Assembly: GCA_050731755.1 (NCBI GenBank)
Contig: JBOHPP010000038.1
Location: forward strand, 1 to 51,018
Direction of reading: 5' to 3'
Length of the DNA: 51,018 bases
Source of the DNA: Candidatus Rokuibacteriota bacterium
GTDB taxonomy: Bacteria > Methylomirabilota > Methylomirabilia > Rokubacteriales > CSP1-6
A program made the position numbers and the translations under genes. The notes under the pieces are model-generated. The model had not been told where the DNA came from. It worked only from the letters and a program-made list of their open reading frames with translations, and made no database searches. Shown here piece after piece: positions 43,711 through 51,018 of this stretch (positions within the stretch are counted from its first letter, which is position 1; the number at the start of each line of letters is the position of its first letter).

Positions 43711-44693
43711 CGTTGGCCGGGAACCTCCTCGCCGCGTTCATCCTGCTCAACGCCATCATCGTCGTCGTGACCTACATCACACTGCTGGAGCGGAAGTTCG
43801 CGGCCCGGATGCAGTCACGCATCGGTCCTTATTATGTCGGCTGGCCCCACGGCTGGCTCCAACCGATCGCCGATGCCCTCAAGCTGATGCTCAAGGAAGA
43901 CGTGGTGCCGACGCCGGCCGATCGTTGGGTCTATAACCTTGCTCCGCTCGTCTTCCTGGTGCCCTGCCTGCTCATCTTCGCCACCATCCCCTTCGCCCCC
44001 GGCCTGGGGCTGGCCGATCTGAACATCGGCGTCCTCTTCTTCCTGGCCGTCTCGGCGCTGGAGATCGTGGGCCTCTTCATGGGCGGCTGGGGCTCCAACA
44101 ACAAGTACGCGCTGCTGAGCGCCATGCGGGCGGTGAACCAGATCATCTCCTACGATCTTCCTTTCATCTTCGCCGCCCTGGTTCCGGTGGTCCTGACCGG
44201 GTCCATGCAGATGTCGGCCATCGTCGCGGCCCAGCAGGGCCTCTTCGGGTGGTTCATCTTCTATCCTGTCATCGGCCAGCTGGCTTTTCTGGCCTTCGTC
44301 GTCGCCACGCTGGCCGCGGAGAACCGGGTCCCCTTCGACATCCTGGAGGCGGAATCGGAGTTGGTCGCCGGATTTCGCGTGGAGTACAGCGGGATGAAGT
44401 TCGCGCTGATCCAGCTCGGCGAGTACGCCCACATGCTGGGCACCTCGTTCCTGGGCGCGCTGTTGTTCCTGGGCGGCTGGCTGGGGCCGGGGGATGGGTG
44501 GCTCGGGCCGCTGTGGTTCCTGCTCAAAGCCGTCCTCGTGTTCCTCCTCGTGACCTGGGTGCGGTGGAGCTTCGTGCGCATCCGCGTGGACCAGATCCTG
44601 GGCATCTCGTGGAAGCTGCTGCTGCCGGCCACCGTGCTGTTGCTGATGGCGACTGGCTTCGTGGTGGCGCTGGGGCACGGCCATGGCCCGTAA
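43707..44693 (+). CDS. nuoH: NADH-quinone oxidoreductase subunit H
   Basis: GTG 43707 overlaps the nuoD stop. Motifs LLERKFAARMQSRIGP, PIADALKLMLKED, GWGSNNKYALLSAMRA, PFDILEAESELVAGF. Confidence 0.95.
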   Translation: MTLAGNLLAAFILLNAIIVVVTYITLLERKFAARMQSRIGPYYVGWPHGWLQPIADALKLMLKEDVVPTPADRWVYNLAPLVFLVPCLLIFATIPFAPGLGLADLNIGVLFFLAVSALEIVGLFMGGWGSNNKYALLSAMRAVNQIISYDLPFIFAALVPVVLTGSMQMSAIVAAQQGLFGWFIFYPVIGQLAFLAFVVATLAAENRVPFDILEAESELVAGFRVEYSGMKFALIQLGEYAHMLGTSFLGALLFLGGWLGPGDGWLGPLWFLLKAVLVFLLVTWVRWSFVRIRVDQILGISWKLLLPATVLLLMATGFVVALGHGHGP

Positions 44694-45249
44694 CGGTCAT
44701 CCCGGGTTCTGGCGCGAGCTCGGTCAGCTCACGCTGGCGGTGGGCCGGGCCATGGGCGTGACGCTCCGAAACCTCTTCCGCAAGCCGGTGACGGTCATGT
44801 ACCCCGACACGCTGCGGCCCTATCCCGACCGCTTCCGCGGCGTGCTGGCCCTGGTGTACGAGCCCGACACCGGGGAGGAGGCCTGCATCGGCTGCCGGCT
44901 GTGCGAGTACATCTGCCCGCCGCAGGTCATCAAGGTGGAGATGCTCAAGAGCGAGAAGCGCAACTACGCCAAGACCTTCACCCTAGAGCTCTACGCCTGC
45001 GAGTTCTGTGAGCTGTGCGTCCAGGTGTGCCCCACCGACGCCATCATCATGCTGAAAACCTTCGACCTGGCCACGGCCGACCGGCGAGAGATGCTGCTGG
45101 ACAAGGACCGCCTCCACGCGCTGGGCCGGCAGTTCTCGCCGTCGTGGGCCACCGGCAACCGGCTGCGCGACATGCAGGCCCCGCCCAAAGCGCCGCGGGC
45201 CGAGCCCAAGGCCGAGAGCGCCGAGGCCAAGGGAGAGAGCAAGGAGTGA
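44683..45249 (+). CDS. nuoI: NADH-quinone oxidoreductase subunit I (2x[4Fe-4S]) with Lys/Glu/Ala-rich C-terminal tail
   Basis: 188 aa. Ferredoxin motifs CIGCRLCEYICP and CEFCELCVQVCP. Confidence 0.9.
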   Translation: MARNGHPGFWRELGQLTLAVGRAMGVTLRNLFRKPVTVMYPDTLRPYPDRFRGVLALVYEPDTGEEACIGCRLCEYICPPQVIKVEMLKSEKRNYAKTFTLELYACEFCELCVQVCPTDAIIMLKTFDLATADRREMLLDKDRLHALGRQFSPSWATGNRLRDMQAPPKAPRAEPKAESAEAKGESKE

Positions 45250-45737
45250 CGGGCGAGGCGATAGCGTTCTGGCTGGTCGCCCTGGCCCTGGTGGCGTCCA
45301 GCCTCGGCGTCGTCGTCACCCGCAACCTCTTCCACGCCGTGCTCTACCTGGCCGCGGCCCTGGTCGCCACCGGGGTCGTGTTCCTGCTGCTGGGCTCGCC
45401 GTTCCTGTTCGCCGTCCAGCTCCTGCTCTACGCGGGCGGCGTCGTGACCGTGCTGGTCTTCGCCATCATGCTCACCGAGCGGCTGACCGGCGAGCGCATC
45501 ACCCAGACGAGCCGCTGGCTCATCAATGGCGCCATCGTGGCCGCCGCGGTGTTCGTGGGCGTGGTCGGCTTTCTCGCCACCGCTCAGCGCCCGGGGCCGT
45601 GGCCGGCGGAGGCCGACTGGACGGCTGACGTCGCGCGCGCCGTCACCGGGCCGTTCGCAGCGCCCTTCGAGCTGCTGGGCGTCCTGCTGGTCGCGGCCCT
45701 GTTGGGCGCCGTGTACTTCGCCCGGGCGGACGACTGA
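45246..45737 (+). CDS. nuoJ: NADH-quinone oxidoreductase subunit J
   Basis: GTG 45246 overlaps the nuoI stop. NuoJ pattern VVTRNLFHAVLYLAAALVATGVVFLLLGSPFLFAVQLLLYAGGVVTVLVFAIML. Confidence 0.9.
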   Translation: MTGEAIAFWLVALALVASSLGVVVTRNLFHAVLYLAAALVATGVVFLLLGSPFLFAVQLLLYAGGVVTVLVFAIMLTERLTGERITQTSRWLINGAIVAAAVFVGVVGFLATAQRPGPWPAEADWTADVARAVTGPFAAPFELLGVLLVAALLGAVYFARADD

Positions 45738-45768
45738 CGATCGGACCCAGCGTGCCTCGAACGCTCCA

Positions 45769-46068
45769 ATGACCCTTCACGCCTACCTTGTGCTGGCCGC
45801 TCTGGTCTTCGCCATCGGTCTGTTCGGCGTGCTCACGCGCCGTAACGCCATCGGTATCCTGCTCGGCATCGAGCTCATGCTGAACGCCGTGACCATCAAC
45901 CTGGTAGCCTTCGCCCGCTTCCACGCCGATCTCACCGGCGTGGTCTTCGCGCTCTTCATCATCTCCATCACGGTGGCTGAGGTCGGCGTGGGCCTGGCCA
46001 TTGTCATCGCCATCTTCCGCGTGCGCCGGACAATCGAAGCCGATCACCTGGACCTCCTCAGGGGGTAG
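45769..46068 (+). CDS. nuoK: NADH-quinone oxidoreductase subunit K
   Basis: ATG 45769, 99 aa. Motifs GVLTRRNAIGILLGIELMLNAV and VAEVGVGLAIV. Confidence 0.95.
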   Translation: MTLHAYLVLAALVFAIGLFGVLTRRNAIGILLGIELMLNAVTINLVAFARFHADLTGVVFALFIISITVAEVGVGLAIVIAIFRVRRTIEADHLDLLRG

Positions 46069-46071
46069 CTG

Positions 46072-47895
46072 ATGGCGGCCACCGACTCGGCGCTGTACGT
46101 CCTCCTTCTGCCCTTCGCGGCGTTCGTCATCCTGGCCGTGGTCCCGCCGCTCCGGCGGAGCGGGCGCCCAGCCGGCTGGCTCTCCATCATCGCCGTTACC
46201 CTGGCCTTCGCTCGGGCGGTAGTCCTGTGGACTGGCGGTGCCGCCGGCACCGCCACCTGGGCCTGGATCCCCGCCGACGGCGGCCCGATTGCCACGGTCG
46301 GCGTGATGCTGGACGGACTCTCGGCGGCCATGCTGGTGCTGGTCACCTTTGTCTCGCTGCTGGTGCAGGTCTACTCACTCGCCTACCTCGGGTCCGAGCC
46401 GGCGCCGGCCCTGGGCCGGTACTACACCTATCAGTCGCTCTTCGCCTTCTCCATGCTCGGTCTCGTGCTGGCGCCGAACTTTGTCCAGTTGTTCGTCTTC
46501 TGGGAGCTCGTCGGGCTGTGCTCGTACCTGCTCATCGGGTACTGGTACGCGCGGCCCTCGGCGGCGCGAGCGGCGGTCAAGGCGTTCTGGATCACCAAGC
46601 TGGGCGACGTGGGGTTCATCGTGGGGATCGTGCTGCTGTGGGGCGCCACCGGCACGTTCGAGTTCACCGCGCTCTTCCGGATGGCGCGGGAAGGGGCGAT
46701 TCCACTGGCGGGCCTGGGGATGACCATGGGCCTGGTCTACCTGGGCGCGGTGGGAAAGTCGGCGCAGGTCCCGCTGCACGTGTGGCTGCCCGACGCCATG
46801 GAGGGCCCCACGCCGGTCTCGGCCTTGATTCACGCCGCCACAATGGTGACGGCCGGCGTATTCATGGTGACGCGGGCCATGCCCCTCTTCGTGCTGGTGC
46901 CCGACGTGCTGAATGTCATCGGAACGGTGGGAGCCGTGACCGCGCTGCTGGCGGCGACGATGGCGTGCGTCGAGAGCGACATCAAGCGCGTGCTCGCCTA
47001 CTCCACGGTGTCCCAGCTCGGCTACATGATGGCCGCCGCCGGCGCGGAGGCGGCCGACGCCGGGTTCTTCCACTTGCTGACCCATGGCGTCTTCAAGGCG
47101 CTGCTCTTCCTCGCCGCCGGCGCCGTCATCCACGCGGTCGGCACCAACGACATCTTTCGCATGGGCGGGCTCTTTTCCGCGCTGCCCCAGACGGGCGCTG
47201 TCTTCATCGTGGGCACGCTGGCGCTGAGCGGGGTGTGGCCGCTGGCCGGCTTCTTCTCCAAGGAAGCCATCCTGGCCGGGGTCCTGGCCGGCCAGGCGAC
47301 GGGACTCTTCATGCTGCTGGCGCTCACCGCGTTCCTCACCGCCTTCTACATGTTCCGGGTCGTCTTCCTGGTCTTCTTCGGGCGCGCTCACGCCGCCGGC
47401 CATGCCCACGAGCCGCCGCCGCTCATGGCCGTCCCCATGTGGGTCCTGGCCGGGCTGACGATCGGCTTCGGCCTCCGGTTCACCGTCGCGGGCGCCGGTG
47501 AGCCTCACGCCCCCCCCTGGCTCGCAGGCCTCTCTCTTGGCCTGGCCCTGGCCGGCTTTCTTCTCGCTCTCGCCATGTACCAGCGCCGACTGTTGGATCC
47601 GGCGCGCCTCAGCGCCGTCTTTCCGCTCAACGTCCTCGACGTCATGGCCCGGCACCGCTTCGGGTTCGACGCGCTGTACGCGGGACTCTACCGGGGTTTC
47701 ATCCTCGGCTTCTCCCGGCTCATCGGCTGGATCGACCGCTACCTGGTTGACGGGTTGGTGAACCTCTCGAGCGCCTGGACGCTGCGCGGCGGTGACCTGC
47801 TCCGGCGGATCCAGAGCGGCCGGGCCCAGGATTACGTGTACGGCGTGGCCTTCGGCGTGCTGCTACTGTTCGTCTGGGCCCAGTGGTTCAGATGA
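46072..47895 (+). CDS. nuoL: NADH-quinone oxidoreductase subunit L
   Basis: 607 aa antiporter-like subunit. Motifs FWELVGLCSYLLIGYWY, KSAQVPLHVWLPDAMEGPTPVSALIHAATMVTAG, and a C-terminal lateral-helix region. Confidence 0.95.
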   Translation: MAATDSALYVLLLPFAAFVILAVVPPLRRSGRPAGWLSIIAVTLAFARAVVLWTGGAAGTATWAWIPADGGPIATVGVMLDGLSAAMLVLVTFVSLLVQVYSLAYLGSEPAPALGRYYTYQSLFAFSMLGLVLAPNFVQLFVFWELVGLCSYLLIGYWYARPSAARAAVKAFWITKLGDVGFIVGIVLLWGATGTFEFTALFRMAREGAIPLAGLGMTMGLVYLGAVGKSAQVPLHVWLPDAMEGPTPVSALIHAATMVTAGVFMVTRAMPLFVLVPDVLNVIGTVGAVTALLAATMACVESDIKRVLAYSTVSQLGYMMAAAGAEAADAGFFHLLTHGVFKALLFLAAGAVIHAVGTNDIFRMGGLFSALPQTGAVFIVGTLALSGVWPLAGFFSKEAILAGVLAGQATGLFMLLALTAFLTAFYMFRVVFLVFFGRAHAAGHAHEPPPLMAVPMWVLAGLTIGFGLRFTVAGAGEPHAPPWLAGLSLGLALAGFLLALAMYQRRLLDPARLSAVFPLNVLDVMARHRFGFDALYAGLYRGFILGFSRLIGWIDRYLVDGLVNLSSAWTLRGGDLLRRIQSGRAQDYVYGVAFGVLLLFVWAQWFR

Positions 47896-48086
47896 AGCAC
47901 GGCGCACCTCGGTCAGGCCACCCACGGTTCACGCCGGGCTCGCGGCCCCCACTCCAATGAAGCACGGCGCTCCTCAAACAGCCCACCCACGGTTCACGCC
48001 GGGCTCGCGGCCCCCGCTTCAATGAAGCACGGCGCACCTGGACCAGGCCACCCACGGTGCGAGCCGGGCTCGCGGCCCTCGCTCCA
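47892..48086 (+). repeat. three head-to-tail 65-bp repeat units filling the nuoL-nuoM spacer
   Basis: Units start at 47892, 47957 and 48022. The period is exactly 65 bp and pairwise differences are about 7-8 of 65. Each boundary reads CCAATGAAGCAC. Confidence 0.9.
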
Positions 48087-49616
48087 ATGACCGGCCTTCC
48101 GCTGCTGTCGCTGATCACGTGGGCGCCGTTCGTGGGCGCCCTCCTCATCATGTTCACGGCGCGCCACTCCCCGTTGGCCGTGCGGCTGATCGCCGCGGGG
48201 TCCACAGGGTGTTCCACGGTGCTGTCGCTCTGGACCTACGTGGCCTACGACCGGGAGGCGGCAGGCTTCCAGTTCTACGAAAAGCTGCCGCTCGTGCCGC
48301 CCCTGGGCATCGGGTACGAGCTCGGCGTGGACGGCGTGAGCCTCCTCATGGTCGTGCTGACCTCCATCATCATTCTCACCGGCGTCTTCGCGTCATGGAC
48401 GGTCACGGTGCGCAACCAGGAGTTCTACGCCCTCCTGCTGACGCTGGTCACCGGGGTGTATGGCGTGTTCGTCTCGCTTGACCTCTTCGTCTTCTTCCTC
48501 TTCTACGAGTTGGCCGTGCTTCCCATGTACCTGCTCATCGGGATCTGGGGGTCCTCGGGCGACGTCCGGCCGCGCGGGATCTTCGCCTGGGCCTACCGGG
48601 AGACGGGTGTCGGCACCAAGGAGTACGCGGCCATGAAGCTGACGCTCTACCTCCTCTTCGGCTCGGCGTTCATCCTGGTGGGGATCTTCGCGCTCTACGT
48701 GAGTGCGGGCACCGCGTCGTTCTCCTTTCTCGAGCTGGAGACGGTCAGCTTCGATCCCACCGTGCAGCGGTGGGTCTTCCTGGCCTTCTACGTGGGCTTC
48801 GGCATCCTGGCCGGCATCTGGCCGCTTCACACCTGGTCGCCCGACGGCCACGCCTCGGCGCCCACCGCCGTGTCCATGCTCCACGCGGGCGTGCTCATGA
48901 AGCTGGGCGCCTATGGCGTCGTGCGGTTGGGCATGGGGCTCCTGCCCGATGGAACCCGCGATCTGGCCTGGCTGATGGGCTCGGTGGCCTGCGTCAACAT
49001 CGTGTACGGGGCCCTGTCGGCCATGGCCCAGACCGACCTCAAATACGTCATCGCCTACTCGTCCGTCTCCCACATGGGGATCGTCATGTTGGGCGCGGCC
49101 ACCCTCACCGAGGCCGGCCTGAACGGCTCGGTGTTCCAGATGTTCGCCCACGGCATCATGACCGGCCTCTTCTTCGCCCTGGTCGGCCTCGTGTACGAGA
49201 AGGCCCACTCGCGGGAGATCATGCGCATGGGCGGCTTCGGGCGAGCGATGCCCGGCATCGCCACCGCGTTCACCGTCGGCGGTCTCTCGTCGCTCGGGCT
49301 GCCGGCCACGGCCGGTTTCGTGGCCGAACTGCTGACGTTCCTGGGCGCCTGGCGCTCGGCCCACCCATGGTGGCTCCTGCCGGCGGTGGCCGGCACGTTT
49401 CTCACCGCCATCTACGTGCTTCGGGTGACCAAACAGATCTTCTGGGGTCCGCCGTCCCCGCACTTCCACGATCTCGTCGATGCCCGGGGCCCCGAGTGGG
49501 TGGCCGTGGTGGTGCTGGTGGCCGTTCTGGTGCTCTTCGGCATGATACCGGCGCTCGCGGTGGCGCTCATCGACACGGCGACCGTGCCCCTGCTGGCCCG
49601 GATCGCGGCGCCGTGA
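48087..49616 (+). CDS. nuoM: NADH-quinone oxidoreductase subunit M
   Basis: Preferred start ATG 48087 (MTGLPLLSLITWAPFVGALL); the track start 48057 lies inside the repeat. Motifs FFLFYELAVLPMYLLIGIWG and HTWSPDGHASAPTAVSMLHAGVLMKLG. Confidence 0.9.
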   Translation: MTGLPLLSLITWAPFVGALLIMFTARHSPLAVRLIAAGSTGCSTVLSLWTYVAYDREAAGFQFYEKLPLVPPLGIGYELGVDGVSLLMVVLTSIIILTGVFASWTVTVRNQEFYALLLTLVTGVYGVFVSLDLFVFFLFYELAVLPMYLLIGIWGSSGDVRPRGIFAWAYRETGVGTKEYAAMKLTLYLLFGSAFILVGIFALYVSAGTASFSFLELETVSFDPTVQRWVFLAFYVGFGILAGIWPLHTWSPDGHASAPTAVSMLHAGVLMKLGAYGVVRLGMGLLPDGTRDLAWLMGSVACVNIVYGALSAMAQTDLKYVIAYSSVSHMGIVMLGAATLTEAGLNGSVFQMFAHGIMTGLFFALVGLVYEKAHSREIMRMGGFGRAMPGIATAFTVGGLSSLGLPATAGFVAELLTFLGAWRSAHPWWLLPAVAGTFLTAIYVLRVTKQIFWGPPSPHFHDLVDARGPEWVAVVVLVAVLVLFGMIPALAVALIDTATVPLLARIAAP

Positions 49617-51018
49617 CCCCATTCTTCCTCGAGCTCGGCGTGGGCCTCCTGGCCCTGGTGGTCTTCCTCGCCACCCTGGTCGGGCGCGGCGACGACCGAC
49701 GCTGGATCGGTTGGCTGAGTGCCGCCGGCGTCCTGCTGCTCACCGGCGCCGCGCTGGCCTTGCCGCCGACGCCGCCCGCGCTCGGCGGCATGTTCGTCCA
49801 AGATGGCCTGGCCCTCTTCGCCAAGCGCCTCTTTCTGGTTGCCACCTTCATCGGGCTGCTGGGTGGGCTGGCCCAGCCGGGGCAGGTGTTCGCCCGCCGG
49901 GCCGGCGAGTATCACCTGCTGATGCTGGCCTCGCTGCTGGGCATGCTCGTGCTGGCCTCGGCCCGCGACCTGGTGCTCCTGTTCGTCGCTTTCGAGCTGA
50001 TGTCGATCCCGCTCTACGTACTGTCGGGCTTCGCCAAGCGAGAAGGCACCTCGGTGGAGGCGGCCCTCAAGTTCTTCCTCGTCGGCAGCGTGTCCTCGGC
50101 GGTGATGGCCTATGGGCTATCGTTCGTCTACGGCGCGGCGCGCACGACGAGCCTGGCCGGGGTGGCCAGGGCGCTGGGCGCCGGCGATCCGCTGCTCGTC
50201 CTGGGCCTGCTCGCCGCTTTCGCCGGCTTTGCCTTCAAGATCGCCGCCGTGCCCTTCCACATGTGGGTGCCGGATACCTACGAGGCCGCGCCCACGCCTT
50301 TCGTGGCCTGGCTGTCGGTGGCGCCGAAGGCCGCCGGGTTCATCGCCCTGTTCCGGGTCTACTTCGAGGGCGTCGGGACGGAGGTGGAGCGATGGATCCC
50401 GATGGCGGCGGCGCTGGCCACGGTGACCATTGTCGCCGGCAACCTCATGGCGTTGCCCCAGCAAAACGCCAAGCGCCTGCTCGCCTACTCGGGCATCGCG
50501 CATATCGGCTACATGCTGGTGGGCTTCGCCGCCGCCTCGGTGGCGGGGACGGCGATGGTCCTCTTCTACCTGGTCGCTTACGTGTTCGGCAACATGGGGG
50601 CCTTCCTAGTGGTGGATGCGCTGGCGCGGGCCGAAGGCTCGGAGCACCTGAGCGCCTTCCGGGGCCTGGCTCAGCGCTCGCCCCTGCTGGCGCTGGCTAT
50701 GCTGTTGTTCCTGCTCTCGCTCGGTGGCATCCCCTTCGTCGCCGGCTTCTGGGCCAAGCTCTACGTGTTCTGGGCGGCGGCCGTGGCTGGGCTCTACTGG
50801 CTGGTGCTGGTGGGCGCGGTGCTGACCGTGGTCGCCCTCTTCTACTACCTGATCGTCGCCAAGCGCATGTACATCGAGCCGCCGGTCCGCACCGACCGGG
50901 TGCGGCTGCCCACGACGCTGGCCCTCGCGGTGCTCCTGTGCGTGCTGGGGGTCGTGATCCTGGGCGTCTATCCCAAGCCGGTCGTCATGGCGGCGCTGCG
51001 GGTCGCGGCGCCGCTGTT
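49613..51018 (+). CDS. nuoN: NADH-quinone oxidoreductase subunit N (partial, runs off right edge)
   Basis: Not in the track because there is no stop in the window. GTG 49613 overlaps the nuoM stop (GTGA). Hand translation: VTPFFLELGVGLLALVV...FELMSIPLYVLSGF...AAVPFHMWVPDTYEAAPTPFVAWLSVAPKAAGF...AYSGIAHIGYMLVG. Confidence 0.9.
   Translation, partial: MTPFFLELGVGLLALVVFLATLVGRGDDRRWIGWLSAAGVLLLTGAALALPPTPPALGGMFVQDGLALFAKRLFLVATFIGLLGGLAQPGQVFARRAGEYHLLMLASLLGMLVLASARDLVLLFVAFELMSIPLYVLSGFAKREGTSVEAALKFFLVGSVSSAVMAYGLSFVYGAARTTSLAGVARALGAGDPLLVLGLLAAFAGFAFKIAAVPFHMWVPDTYEAAPTPFVAWLSVAPKAAGFIALFRVYFEGVGTEVERWIPMAAALATVTIVAGNLMALPQQNAKRLLAYSGIAHIGYMLVGFAAASVAGTAMVLFYLVAYVFGNMGAFLVVDALARAEGSEHLSAFRGLAQRSPLLALAMLLFLLSLGGIPFVAGFWAKLYVFWAAAVAGLYWLVLVGAVLTVVALFYYLIVAKRMYIEPPVRTDRVRLPTTLALAVLLCVLGVVILGVYPKPVVMAALRVAAPL

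Noticed and set aside
47892-48086. Possible CRISPR array (regular 65-bp periodicity); also applies to 8826-8955
   Set aside because: The units are directly abutting copies of each other with no unique spacers, there are no cas genes, and the repeat length is atypical. It is a tandem repeat, not CRISPR.
48057-48086. Track start of nuoM at 48057 (MRAGLAALAP...)
   Set aside because: These ten codons lie inside the third repeat unit. ATG 48087 gives a typical NuoM N-terminus (MTGLPLLSLITW...) and coincides with the ATGA junction.

Overview
A 51-kb, very GC-rich (by eye about 65-70%) bacterial chromosomal segment. Product calls come from motif recognition in the supplied translations only; no database was searched. 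The lineage cannot be assigned from this alone.

Gene content, left to right:
- 1.0-8.2 kb: a Liv-type branched-chain amino-acid ABC transporter operon, with an extra large secreted protein inserted.
- 9.0-11.0 kb: an Acs-like acyl-CoA synthetase.
- 11.1-15.1 kb: a class III adenylate cyclase fusion protein, followed by a cyclase-less paralog.
- 15-21 kb: housekeeping and unknown genes (PCD/PhhB, PlsC-like acyltransferase, metallophosphoesterase, nucleotidyltransferase).
- 21-24 kb: a small signalling cluster.
- 24-34 kb: a mixed segment holding a zinc-ribbon/cyclase/ATPase/TPR giant, an orphan solute-binding protein, a chimeric histidine-kinase::molybdopterin-oxidoreductase ORF, a cysteine-synthase fragment and small Cys-rich ORFs.
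- 34.1-35.3 kb: tRNA-Ala(GGC), tRNA-Leu(CAA) and a free-standing LAGLIDADG gene.
- 35.4-39.1 kb: split indolepyruvate:ferredoxin oxidoreductase (iorAB).
- 39.1-40.4 kb: a REC-PilZ regulator.
- 40.4-51.0 kb: an 11-gene nuoABCDHIJKLMN operon without nuoEFG, running off the right edge.

Most noteworthy observations:
1. The cyclase fusion and its tandem paralog share two modules I cannot assign to any family.
2. A 65-bp repeat family fills the nuoL-nuoM spacer as three tandem units. Each unit is a 22-codon mini-ORF, and the units are chained by ATGA overlaps from nuoL to nuoM. Related copies lie upstream of the acyl-CoA synthetase gene.
3. A two-repeat NIPSNAP gene is inserted between nuoC and nuoD.
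4. A 16-bp direct repeat of the tRNA-Ala 3' end lies 10.2 kb away. It brackets the fragment-rich segment and suggests a decayed island.
5. A short GC-rich palindromic motif family occurs at three gene boundaries.

Many long Arg/Pro/Gly-rich track ORFs are shadow frames of real genes and were discarded. No CRISPR array, rRNA or intact transposase/integrase was seen.
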